Source: Tubulanus polymorphus
Lineage: Eukaryota; Animalia; Nemertea
NCBI RefSeq assembly: GCF_964204645.1
Contig: NC_134032.1
Location: 8,482,275 to 8,546,274, forward strand
Direction of reading: 5' to 3'
Length of the DNA: 64,000 nucleotides
Under the pieces are notes generated by a model. The model saw only the letters and a list, made by a program, of their open reading frames with translations. It was not told the origin of the DNA and did not search any database. The stretch's first letter is position 1. Every line of letters starts with the position of its first letter. Of this stretch, positions 24,313-37,800 are shown one piece after another. Made by a program: the position numbers and the translations under genes.

Positions 24313-24769
24313 CGCGCGACCTGATCAACATGAACTCTGAAATAGAAAATTGCAGAAGATCAGCATAAATATTAGATTTTTGGGAAAATTGGAAATTCCA
24401 TTAAATTCACCGGACTCCCCGTCATTACAATGCCCAAGACAATGCAGAAGATTTCTTGGGTGGACAGGTTGCCGCCGAGCGGTCACCTGTCTTTGTATTA
24501 AGCCAATCAGCTCAGCAGCAACCGGTCCGCCCTAGAGATTTTGGGCAATGCCATCGGCCAATGAAGGATTTGTGGCCAGGGTTTGTGTTCCTGTGAGCTT
24601 CGGTGGGAGGCACTCAAACAGTGGCAAGCGAGGATGGGCCTAGGGTGGCCTGTACTTGCTATAATAAACGTCCACAGTTGGGCTTGTGTTTGAAGTTTGG
24701 GGATGAATAGTAAATCAGATCATCCTGTATGTAACTGGGACATTGGATGATTTGAGGCTACTATTCATT

Positions 24770-25064
24770 CATCATCGCTTGCCAGGGTTTGATTGCCTCT
24801 CCCCGGAGCACATGTCAACACAAACCCTGGCTGCAGACCATTCATTGGTTTATTACAATGCCCAAGATTTCTTGGGCGGACAGGATGTCCACGAACGGCA
24901 ACCGTTCTACGTATTAAGCAAATCGGATGCACCGAATTTCACCAACAGATTTTCTCTATCGATATCACGCATGTGATTGGCTAATACTGGTGGCTACTGA
25001 GCAGACGGCACCCTGTTCACTCTTGCGTTGGCTTGAGCAATCAAACCCTGGCAAAGCTAGGATG
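24770..25064. mobile_element. MITE in the MACIR 5' intron; related partial copy at ~24424-24635
   Basis: TIR TTGCCAGGGTTTGATTGC / GCAATCAAACCCTGGCAA; internal TTACAATGCCCAAGA shared with the second copy. Confidence 0.55.
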
Positions 25065-25439
25065 CCATTCACCTCAACAGACTTCAAACACGAGTAGGCC
25101 TACCGGTTGTGTGTGCCGCAGCCAACGCTACAACAGCGGTGAGGTTGTCCAATGAATAGGCCTAACGGTATGGTTAGTTTTTATCCTAAAAGCTTAATTA
25201 ACTAATATTTGGAAATTCCTTATGAAGACATAGCCATAAATAGTCGAGATGCAAATATACGGTACACATAAAGACGAACGAAATACGAACAGACTAACTC
25301 GATAACACGCAAAATACGAGCTAAAAAGCTTCGAAAAACGGCGACGATCCGAGAAAATCAGGTCGAAATATCGATGAAAAAGTCGATAATTACTATCTTT
25401 TACTGGTGAAGTGGTCAAATATTCGCGTCGAGCTTCTGA

Positions 25440-25740
25440 TCGCCGTAAAACGCTACATTTCATCGGTAACACAATCAGAGAAAACAGCCATCAAAACAAA
25501 CTGGGAAATCTCGCGAGATTAAGGCTACCCGAAAACGTAAACAAACCCTTTTCGGGGCGATTTTAACGAATCGAAGCCCGGATACGAGTAGAATATGCGC
25601 ACAGCGGTATTCTCTGCGATTCAGGAATGGTTTCTAGGGTTTAAACGGGTCGTTATCGTATGAATAATGGATTTAGACGACGGGTCGGAACTGGCCATTC
25701 TCGCGAGATGTCGGGTATCGACAAACACAGTAATGGCGGC
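25440..25740. promoter_or_regulatory. Putative bidirectional promoter, MACIR (-) / TUBGCP5 (+)
   Basis: CpG-rich; TCTCGCGAGA palindromes at 25509-25518 and 25699-25708; YY1-like AATGGCGG overlapping the TUBGCP5 ATG (25733). Confidence 0.6.
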
Positions 25741-27193
25741 GCTTCGGCCAGAATTCGAACGAAGTGTAAAGAAATTAATCAGAAATATCACCGGATTCCG
25801 GGTAAGACAGGCTTTAGTTACTTCCCCGATGAGTGAACTTATTAATTAGAACATATATAGACTTTTGTACGTTATTGAAATGTTTTGAATCGCTAAAAGT
25901 AACAAATAAAACGCTGGATTCGCCGAAATTTTCCTACAGCGCCATCTATCTGTCATAAGTGAAACTACTGTACCCCGAAGTCATGAATTAGAAGATATTT
26001 ACACAAATTTCTGTTTGTTAATGTTAGATTGAATAGAGAAATATGAATTTCTAAGATTGTTTGCTCTGGGTGTGCGGAAAAATGTTCCCGGAAAATGTCA
26101 TTCTTGCGTTGACTATTTTAGACCAGGTCCAGATTCAATGAATGATTTAAGATTGGTGATTGTTTATTTTGTAGGACCGCGACGAGAATTTTCAAATATG
26201 TCTGAATTTCGTGCTGTCGAATTTTAAATACCACAGATTTTTGGAAGTGGATTCGCATAAGGTGCGACGAAATCTTGATGGGTAAGTTGATGATTGTTCA
26301 CAGACTAGGATACACTGAACACTAACGACCCTCCCAACCTCAATTACTGGCTGGTAGGTCTGCAGTGGGCCTAAAAATACCTGAAACGGCATGCTGACTA
26401 AGAAAAATTTTGCCCAGCCTTATTTGAGTTGCCAAAAACATACAGGATGAAAGTGGTTTTTCGTAGTTAGGCCTAGTCCCATCGTGCTTCCGGAGAAAGT
26501 TCGGATTTTACTTTCCGGTGTCAGGCCTGAGGATGATCTAATGACCATGCGTAAAGTAAGAATTCTGCTAAAGTAAGAATTGTATGTTTAAGACTTCATC
26601 TGTCACAGATGAAGCAAAAAACCCTAATGAAATTAGTCATGATATAATTCCTTAGAGAAAATATTAAGTGTTGAATTAGTTATAGGCCTAGAATTATACA
26701 TAGTTTTTCCATTTGTATTGGTACATAGGCCTATACGTATTTTGTAACATAATTAATTGCAAAGTGGCAGCAAAACATTTCTTATGATTGTGGTCAGTTT
26801 TCAGGTCACAGCTTTCTGTATACATCCACTAGGGGGCGTTGTATTGTGTAATGATCAGGTATTTCCATATATAGGCCTAGAAATACCTAGGTATATTTCA
26901 CAGGGGCGGATATAAGGAGGGGAAGCAAATTTCCAGGGGCCCTAAAAATTTTTTTCTATTTCAGTAAAATTTTTCTTAAAACTAAACCATCCGTAATTGG
27001 GTGTTTCAAAAATATAGTTGTTGTTTTCTGGTGACTTACATGGGTGGGGCCTAGACCACTCACAGGATTTGCAAAGACTCCCAGGTACCACCAGAAAAGC
27101 CCAGATAGCTTTAAAATTGCATCAAATTTAGAAATGGGGTGCGAAGTGTGCGTATTGATTATTGAAATTGTTGAGCATTTGCCCAAGTGGGCA

Positions 27194-27230
<37 letters not shown>

Positions 27231-28757
27231 GCATCATCATCATCAGTATCACGGATGGATGTAGGCCTGGTAGAGGATGTAGGCCTGGTAGGTAGAGGCC
27301 TATTAGTGTCCGGCTCGTTTGGTGATTGATATCGGTTTAGGTTTCCTTGCGTCCTTGGACCCCTAGTTTGAAAAAAATCTGTTATCCCGGCAATTAGAAA
27401 TAAAAGGCCTTTAACGCTTGTTTTTCAGGGTGCATGAGAAATTTCAAATTTACTCCCAACACGAGAAAGCCTTTGAGTATAAACGCTTAGTTCAACTATT
27501 TCTGTCGACCCCGGCCTTCGCTGAAAATAAACCACAGGTAAGGTGATGGCTGCCTTCATCAAATCTCGGTATGGCATCATCAATTAACCTCCTTTTAAAA
27601 AGATCCAGAAATGATGGCTGCCGTGATCCTTTGACATCATCAAATTACGCCCCTTCATAGACACTTCTAGAAAAGATGACTGCTCCATAGATCCTCCTAT
27701 GACATCATCATTAATTATCCCCTTATATTGACACTTCCTTAAAAGGTGGCTGCCTCCATATATCCGTTTATGACATCATCAAATAACGTACCGGGTTGCT
27801 CCATGAATCCTCCTATGACATCATCAAACTACCTCCTTATATAGACGCTACTCGAAAGATGACTGCTCCACAAATCTTCCTATGACATCATCGGAATACC
27901 TTATAGACACTTCTAGAAATGATGAATGCCTCCATATATCCCCTTATGACATCATCAAATAATGGTACCGGGTTGCTCTATGAATCCTCCTATGACATCA
28001 CCGGTGGCTGCCACCATATAACCGTTTATGACATCATCAAACTACCTCCTTTATAGATCTTCCTATGAATCCCCTTATGACATCATCAAATAACTGCACT
28101 GGGTTGCTCCATAAATCCTCCTATGACATCATCAAATAACTGTACTGGGTTGCTCAATGAATCCTCCTATGATATCATCAAATAACTGTACTGAGTTGCT
28201 CCATGAATTCTCCTATGACATCATCAAACTACCTCTGTATAGACAGTTCCAGTAAAGATGGCTGCCATGGATGATATCATTATCGTTTGTATTTTCAGAC
28301 TGATACACACTATGCGTTGTTGCAGATTCTATTGAGTTTAGCGGAGACACCGACTCTAGTCGACTACCATCCACCAATCGTCGACAAACCATTAGGTATG
28401 TATAATGTTTCATGAGCTCAGACCACTATTCCGAAATCTTGTATATCCTACAGTAAAAAATCAGAAATTCAAGCATTAAGTATATATATAAGCTTGTAAA
28501 CTCAAGGGAAGTCCAGTCTATGGCTGCTAGGCCAGCACAATTTAGCTACGCATTGAAGTGGTTTTCGCCCCACATACCCAACCAAATTTTGATATAATCA
28601 AACCCTTTAGAAAGGAGGGTATCCGAGTACAGGTACACCAGAAAATCCGAACCGAATATTGAAGGGAATCCCCACCGTTTTTCGTACCCTTATTCCAGAC
28701 AAAAACAAACCAGGGAATTCCCTACTTCATCATCAATCTGTCTCTCAGGACCCACGG

Positions 28758-28826
<69 letters not shown>

Positions 28827-31800
28827 CCATATCCTATTTGTAGAAATATGGCAACATTTATGGGGGGACCTATTTTTCATTCTAGCTACTATATCTGGGT
28901 CCTACCCTACGTATCTGGAAGTTACTCGCCTAATGATTGTCGTCTTATGCTGTATATTTTTCACCTTAAAAAATGTACGTCATCATGATGAAAGTGAAAG
29001 GTTTTGCCAGCCAAAAATTTGTGAACAGCTAACGGCAAGTTACACGGATGAATAACCCTTTCGGGTCTTGCGCGAGAAGGTCGCTTTTTTTTTTCATCGA
29101 TTCGTTTGTAAATCTGTTTCGCAGATGAAGTTGACGAGTTCGATTGGAAGGCTTATCTACTGGAAGGTGAAGATACAACGCGTCTGATCTACCCCGATAC
29201 ATCTTCTGTAAGTTTCAGGGTTCGCACAGATCTAGGGAAAATCAGCAAACTCAGTGTCATTTTTTCCTGCAGGGAAAATCAGGGAAGATAATGACCAAAA
29301 AAGTCAGTGCAAACTGAATTTCAAGATGACTGTAAAATTAAAAGCACCGTCCCTATTATATTCCATTAACCCTTTCAGTGCGTCTACACCGCAGTGGGGT
29401 GTAAGAATCAGTGATGGATTTTGCTAGTACACCGCACTGCGGTGTATTGATTTAATTAGTAATAACTAATTATCTCTCTTGAAAGATGGCAGCACCTGTC
29501 AAACATAGTGAAATATCAGTAACTAACGATATACCGTGCCAGGTTGTAGACGCACTATAGTGCTATTCCCGTTATTCAACACACTAGGGTGGAATTTTTC
29601 AGAATTTTCAAATTATCTTCAGCACTATAGGGTATTAATTAGCCAGCGCTGAAAGGGTTAAAAGTATATAATTTCTGATGCTCATCACTTAATGCCCAAT
29701 GCACTCAATGCAGGGAAACGCAAAATCACGGAAACAAACATGTTTGACTATGTTTCTCATAAATGTGCACAATGCAGTGAAAAATGCTCAGAAACGTGTT
29801 TTTCTATTGCCTGATTCCGTGTTTACCCTTGTGTGCGGTTGTCTTAACAAACGCCACGTGCATGATATCTGTAGTGCACATTGGATTCTTGACCCTCGTA
29901 TCTGGTAAAGAATCAGGGCTCGGTTTTTTAGGCTGGTTTTAACTTTAACGCAGGGGCTAACTCAATTTACGTATTCAATTGAGTTAACCCCCGCGTTAAA
30001 GATAATACCAGCCTATAAGACCAGCCCCGTATGTCGTCGGTAATGTAATCCTTGAGGTCGATGTTATGGAAACATGTCCTCGGTGGTGCTTGATGTTTGA
30101 TAGCTGCATCAGTCAAGAATGTTTGACAGATTTAAGAATTTCTCTCGAGAATGATTTTATTTACGCTCTCAGGACGAGGAAGATTGGAGGCTCGATGACG
30201 ACGACAACGATGACGCTGCGGCCGTGGTATCCACGGCGATTCCGTTCGACTCGGGAGTTCGAGTCGAAACCGATCGCGACGATGATGACGATGATGAGGA
30301 AGAGGAGATGACGTTAACGGGGGCGGAGTTTACGACTAAATCGCATTACGATTGGCTCACGAGAAACGTCGTCGTTCAATACTGGAAATCGGACAATGCG
30401 CTTTCGATTTCGAGTCCTCGTGTTAACGGAATTTCCGATATCTGGTAAAAAAAAAGTGTTGATACCTTTCAGCTACCTAAGCCTGCTTTCTTACAAATTT
30501 TTTGGCATGAATTTCAATTTAAACCTCGGTTTCTTAGAAATTAAATGTTCATGAATTCGATGGCAAAAGTTTACGCGAAAATCGTTCTTGAATTAGAAAA
30601 TTTGAATTGATAATTTCAAGTAAAAACTAATCTAAATTGAAAATAAATTGAAATTAAAGTCGACCTTTTTTCGAAATTTTGACGTTTTTGTCTTCAAATT
30701 TTTAGGGAGAAATATTTGTTTGATTCGAATCCGCTTTACGTCCTCGCAAAGCGCCACCTACTGACAGAGACGCAAATTATACGCGAAACGCTCTGGTAAG
30801 CGCATAGCTACTCTCATTCCAGTGCTAATGTATGGGCATTTTCATATCGTCCAATAAAATTTGAATTTTATCTTCTTTTTGCTTCTTGAGCTTCCATTAG
30901 ACTTGTATTGTTGTACTCCCTCTCCCTCTCCCTCTCCCTCTCCCTCTCCCTCTCCCTCTCCCTCTCCCTCTCCCTCTCCCTCTCCCTCTCCCTCTCCCTC
31001 TCCCTCTCGTTATTTCATGTACCCTTCAAGATAACGTCAGGAGTAGGGCGAAAATTCAGAAAGTTGTCTCAAAAAAATATTTTAGCTATTGGCCTTAGAT
31101 CCAAAATTCAATTGGAACTAAAACCTTGTAACTTCGGAGTTTGAGCCTGAGCCAAAGAAATGTTGTTGCCTTATTGACTTATTGTTTCTGCATTTCTTGA
31201 AAACAAATATCTTTTAGGATGTTATTTGGTGCCGGTGATAGAGGTCTGTTCGTTTATGATTTTACGGACAGCGGCAATGAATTAGGGGGTAGATTCACAG
31301 TATCCGACGAACTGAAAGTGTCGCATCTCACCACGGTAAATATACCCGCGCTCTGTAGAAAACTTTTCGATTGGTAAGGTTTGATGATCCTGAAATACCT
31401 GGCTCCGGTATGCTAAATATCTTCTGTTTCAAGTCGGACTTAAATGCAACCCGTATGTTCACTTTAACTGCCAAATATTGAATGTATACACCCTTCAAGA
31501 AAAGCTGTCTCGCCCTTCCAGAAGATATGTCTTGTGTCCAAAAATTTCACGATGACGCCATCAAATTCCTCCTTATTGAGATCTTTCCCGAAAACATGGC
31601 TACATCCTTAAATTCGTGTGACATCGATCAAATTATGCCTAAAGCCTCACAGAAAAGATGGCTGGAAACGCAAATCGCTCGATACCATTCATCAAATTGC
31701 TCTTTATTGAGAGACCCTTATGGAAAAGATGGTTTCATGTATAAATCCTCTATGACATCATCTAATGGTCCCTTTGAACTCTTCCATAAAAAAGTAATCC

Positions 31801-34800
31801 CCTTTAGTGGACTTCATCATAGTCTGTATTACATTGTAGCAAGCTCTGGTCAGTGTATTGGAATCGTTTTGTCACTACGGCAACATCGTACACAAATTGG
31901 AAACATTTGTCACGGTGACGACTGAATTGAGCGTGTCGTCTGCCGGTGGAACGTGTCAGACGTATCAGGCATTCGCGAAGTCAATCGCAAGGTTTCTGAA
32001 CAGATTTAAAAGCGAACTCGTTAAACTTGAGGAAGAAACTATCGAACAAGGTAAGCCACGAGATTCACCTGTGGCAAGCCAGGATCCACTTAGTGTGATA
32101 GTGCACAGTAGAACATCAACCTAAGGCGGGTCTAGGATTCTTTAGAGTGTACCTGAAAATTGGAATGAGCACTCAATTTGAAAAGGGCCTATTTGACAAT
32201 GTGAGGGCAGCAAGGGTGAAATATAGGTCGTGGTTCTGGTGGCCCTCGCACAGAAAATTTAGGCGTTGTTACGTAACAGACTTGCTGCTAAGTAGTGTAT
32301 TGATATATTCACTACTGCTAGCTACGTACATTTATATGAAAAACGTCCCGTGCGTGTGGCCAAGTTTAAATTTTCCAAGAAACTGCAAACGATTCTAGCA
32401 ACTGCCGCGCCGCCGTGGTAAATACTAACAGCAAGCGCATGTATTCTAAATCTTCTAAATAATGAGTAGGCCTATAATGAAATCTTTTTGAATTATAAAG
32501 GCTTGAACTCTAGCAGGGGCCTTAAGGTCCATTCAATGAACAGCTTCAAAACAATTGTATTGACATCTGGATGCAAAGCTTGTGCACCCATAGACTGCAT
32601 CATGGTCACCTTAATTGGCCTATATATCTATGTCATGGGCTTTTGGCGATTAGCCGATAGCAGACTGTATCCAGTGGTTTGATTTTTGAATTTCGTTTCT
32701 TGTTCCTATCTACAGTGATTTCAATCGCCAAACCAAGAAATTGCGAAGTTTCATATTTAGCGCATTCCTATCTGATCCCTCAAAAGTTCTTCTTAAAATT
32801 GACTTCCATCCCTATCAGCACAATGACCAGGTTGGCAGCCCTGAGTTACTCGGAATTGATTTTTGATTCGTGTTTAAATTTGAATTGATATAATTTCATC
32901 GCTAACAAGCGATGAATAGGCCTAGCTGTTTTCATTGAACAAACTTTATTAGTATTGATGTGTGTTTTATAGTACATGTATTCGTGTGAATAGACGACAT
33001 TTGGTCCGAACACGCAGAATCGAATCAATCATGAATTCTACTCCGATGCGGATCGCGAGACCTTACAACAGCTACGTCGCTCTATTGTCGGTGCAAAACA
33101 AGTTTGGTATCTACCGTACCGTGTCATTGGTTGTTTTGCCGACCTTTTTCCTGTTAGGAGCCTTCGGAAATTCGGCGACTACCCTCGTGATGATAAGTCG
33201 CAGATTTCGCGGTTTATCGTATGCGAACTATCTTATCGTTTTGTCGATGAGCGACTTCGCGGCGGTCGTCGCGTTCAGTCTGATGCCCGTTTTACAGTTT
33301 CTTCACGGGCATCTCGGCGCCGGCGCGAGCAGGCTCTTGGTGAATTCACCGATCGGTTGTCGAGTCTACGAATTCGTTATGTCGTCTATGATAGCTTGCA
33401 GCTCCTGGTTGATAGTAGCGATATCTTTAGAACGCGCGGCAGTCGTTCTCTTCCCGTTAACGTCTCGTCTGATATGTACACCGAGTTTCGCCCGATCCGT
33501 GATTCTCGTGATTATCATAATGAACGTATCGGTAGTCGGTATTCCCCTAGCCGTATTGATGCAGTTTTCGCATGGAATAACCGGATGCTACTTAAGATTA
33601 TCAGACCGAGCAGCGCTTTTTATAACGTTTGTCATTCATGTTTTTTTTGCGCCGTTAACAGTGATTATCATATCTAATTCGATTATAATAGTTCAGTTAT
33701 TCAGAGGTTCAGAAATGGTTTCGTCCGATCAGAAAACGACAAAAGTGAAACGCACGACAATAATGCTCGTCACTGTTTCACTCGCGTTTGCGATGTTTAC
33801 GCTTCCGACCTCTATTACGGCGTTCCTACCGATTCGCGTAGAACAGAAACAATTATTGTACGATATAGGTATCAAGATCCAAGTTTGTAACTATGTCGTT
33901 AATTTCTATATATATCTTTTGATGGGACGCGAAATTCGTGATTATTTCTGTACGAATTTCTGCTGTGGAAATTCATCGAAATGATCATGACCGGCTAGTT
34001 TGATTTTCACTGCTATGACTTATTTCTATTTCTGAGAATGTTGTTAGGATGATGCGTCCGAGTCGGCCAACAAGTCGATCCGTGCCGTCGAGTATCTTCC
34101 CTGCCAGGTCACGGCAATTGGACCAATCGTAACAAGCAGGTCAACCCTTCAACAGCAGCTATTGGCCTCTGTGTTTCAATGCTTAATTCAAGAAGAAAAA
34201 TGTTTAAAAAAATTACATGCATCTTACAATCATCATACAAACATAACAAGACATAAAAATACATGTTGGCGACCGGATTGAACACCGGATTAGCGTCCGT
34301 ATTACGACATTGACCAATCGCGAGATAGTATAAAAACTGGCAGCGACAGTTGCGTCGTAGATTGGCTCAGTAATGCAAGCTTTTTGGCCAACTGCATTTT
34401 CATGACTTATTCAATGCAGTAGGCCTATGCCAGGCATACGTATAAAAGGTGTCTAAAAGCCATGTGGTGAAAAAATACCTGCCTTTGGGCATTATGAGAT
34501 TTCATTATTGCAGAATATTGCGTAGTGGTGAAAACCATGCGGGTCTGGAACTATGCCTATCCACTGATGTTGTCCTCTTTAGGCATCTAAAACCTGCAAA
34601 TTTGAATCCTCTCGTAAATTGTGCATTCTCGTACGTATTTGTTCAGGCATTTCGAACACCAAGTGGAAACCCCACAAGTTGCGGCCTTGGGCGTGGCCAC
34701 TTCATCCAAGATCCATCCTCTCTTTTCTTTTTGATTCCAATTTCCCAAGATCGTCCTCTGCGTTGATAGAGGTTGATAAAATCAGTACGGTATTCTAATT

Positions 34801-37800
34801 GATCGAATCTAGAATTCCCCAGGAAGCATGTCTATGTGTAATTGAGCTAATAATAGCCTCTGGTTGTAATTGTTCGTGGTGGCTCCCATTTTAAAAGTTT
34901 GAATGGTCCAATAAACTAACGCCTAATTGACTCAATCAGATTCATGAAAGGTTTTGAATTCAATCTATAACTGCTCGAAGTAAAGAAACAAACTAATTTG
35001 AAATGCGATTCGAATTTGTTTGTGATATTCATAACGCATTGATTTTTGATTAAAGAACCAAACTTTGCGTAGAGAATATAGATCTGTGACTTCTGGAAAA
35101 TTTGTTTCGAAATGAGGTGCCGGCACTGGTACTGTGGCAAGGCATGTGAGTATTCTGCGAGGACCTGCCAGGTGTCACTTTTGGCTACCTCTGATTTTCA
35201 ACCCCATAAAAAACCATTACAATAACGTTTTGATAACTACAACGTATGCATTATGTATAAGGGGGGTAGTGTGTACCGGTATTTATTGGCAAAGTTATAA
35301 ACTTTTATGACAAAAATTCATATACAAGCATATATGGCGGGAAACAATATAACATAGAACAAAAATTGATATGTAGATTTAGGCCTATATTAAGAAGATT
35401 CGTAGAGTAGCCGTGTTAACTGGGTTTTTGATTGATTGATTTTATTTTCATAGAACATAGTTTAGTATAATAATTTATCTTACAAAATACCAGTATGAAC
35501 TATGAAGGACTCGTCCAGGTTTAGAATAAATAGCGAGACGAGTAGTACTATATAATAGGTTAACCATTTATTTGATGCACGAGCTTTCACTACCAGTGTA
35601 AATAAGTAGCGAAAGCTCGTGCGTAAAATAAGTAGTTAACCTATATATAACTCATCTTGTTATTTACATATTATGTTAAGGTTGCTTGAATATATAAACT
35701 TTCTTAAGAAATTTTGAAAAGTTTGAAAGATCGTTGTTATTACGTGGAAAAATCGAGAATTTCACTGTAATGATATTTCAATGATACATAGGTCTATTTG
35801 AATTTGCACCCCAGGACCCAGTTCCACAGTTGTGAGTTAGAGTTAACTCTGAGTTAAAATTAGTTCATTTTGAATGATTTAACTCAGGGTCAAATTTTAA
35901 CTCCGAACTGTGGAACTGGACCCTGAACTTTAAAAATTGAAAAATTTAAAATTCGAAAAAATGGACTAATTTTGGCTAACGTTGTAGGGATTGTCCGTCA
36001 CTCCATCTGGTGGTGAGAATTTAAAACACAAGTCCGTCTGCTTTTTCAGAAGGAACGCTGACGATCGCGACGATGTTGAGTCGTCTGTCCGCGTCATTCG
36101 ATCAGTTAGCCCTGATCGGCGAAATCTACGACGAATGTTTAACGGATCGTCTTCACGACGGCTGTCATTCCGAGGCGGACGGAATGCGTTCGAAGGCGTA
36201 TCGTCTGATATCGAGGCTCTACGCGGTTCTGATGACCGTCAGTTTGTACTCGACCGAAAATATGAAAAAGGTTGGTGAAGATTGTAACTTTTTCGGGGTC
36301 GGACCTGGTCCAAATCTAAAATAATGTGAAAAATCGAACAAATCTGTGAATATAATGTGAATAATCTTGAAAATGTTCAGAAAGCATCGGTTCATTTTGG
36401 TTCCCTTATTGCGCCGTATACTGTGCAGGTGAGAATTTGTGCACTGTAAGCTGTGTTATAAAGTTAAGGAAGTTTTCAATATGAAAATGATTTGAACATA
36501 TTTCGAGGCCAGGTAGGAATTCCAGAAAATGGGTACTCGAATATGGGGATAGGGTATTTGGAGAGATCGCTAGTATGAAATTGGATGCATGTATACGGAC
36601 AAAATAACGAAATGGGATGCATGCGTACGGTCAATGTAACCAAAAGTGACCATCACAAGTCTTTGCTCATTTTGGTCGTCAACTAACTTCGAACGTTGTA
36701 GTCGTTTTCGATTTCAGTTTCGATTGTTGATGCTGATTTGGTTGGATACGATTCGGCCGTATTTGAATATAATCGGCGAGTGGTTGACAAGCGGTCGCCT
36801 GAATGATGTTTATGGAGAATTCGTCATACGCAGGTACGAAAATTCGGCGCAAGATCTTCGGTCGTAGTCTGGAGTTCGATTTGACGCGAAACTTGAAACA
36901 TCGTAGATGGAAAAGAATGGCCACTAAGAAATGTGAAATAAGTCTGGGAAGGTTGATCCTTAAGATAAGGCCGGGCTTAGTTCAATTAGGGCCAGTTACG
37001 CAGTTTAGACTAAACCTGTTTCTTAACATTAGTGATCAAAATTTCCCAGCTTTTCCAATCTTCCAAACTTTTCAAATTTTCTCTAGCGATATATGTTGAC
37101 AAACTGTCAGCGGTGAAATAGGGTTAACGAGACGGCCATTCTAAGCCTCGAAATGATTTTTAAAAAACCTAAAAATGTACGAAACTTCAGAAATCCTTTT
37201 TAACTTAAGACGTCTTAAAATATCAAATTTTATTACCCGTTTGAAATTTTGTTTATGTTGCAGAAACGAAAGCGTAAAAAATGATGACGCGGATTTCTGG
37301 CGAAAATCGTTTGTTCTGCACTGCGAGGAGCCGCAGGACGAGCAGACGCACTTCTTCGATGAAGACCGTCGATTGCCGTCGTTTCTTCAACCGGTTTTAC
37401 GCGAACTATTGCTCTGCGGCAAATCGATGGAAGTGCTCAATTCGCTCGGCAAATTGCAGAAAGTTATACCGGGAAGAGGTTCGTCGAAAAAGATTTTTGA
37501 TTTCTTTTCTTTCATGAAAGCGGGTGCCTGCGACCGAGCAAAACTTTTCAACTTCGAAAGTTTGAAAGTTTTGAAAATGTGAAATAACAAATGGCAACGA
37601 ATCCAAATACATTTTTCCTCATTGCGTTAGAAAGTAACGAGAAGTGACAAATAGGAGCTGAACCAGAGTTAAAAGGTTTTAATTTTATTGTGAAAACATG
37701 AATTAGTCAATGACATATAAACCAAATTAGTAGGGTACCGGCGGCACACACCAGATGGCACAACAATACACTGAGTTATTAATAGTGAAAATTAGTTCAT

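Noticed and set aside
26956-27295. Poly-Met / poly-Ile ORFs
   Set aside because: They arise from the (CAT)n microsatellite.
27545-28270. CRISPR-like repeat/spacer appearance
   Set aside because: It lies in a eukaryotic intron, the spacers are homologous to one another, the repeats are degenerate, and there are no cas genes.
30908-31144. (SL)n ORF
   Set aside because: It arises from a hexamer microsatellite in an intron.
31482-31839. N-terminal part of the 147-aa ORF 31482-31925
   Set aside because: It lies in an intronic repeat array. Only 31840 onward is TUBGCP5 exon, in a different frame.
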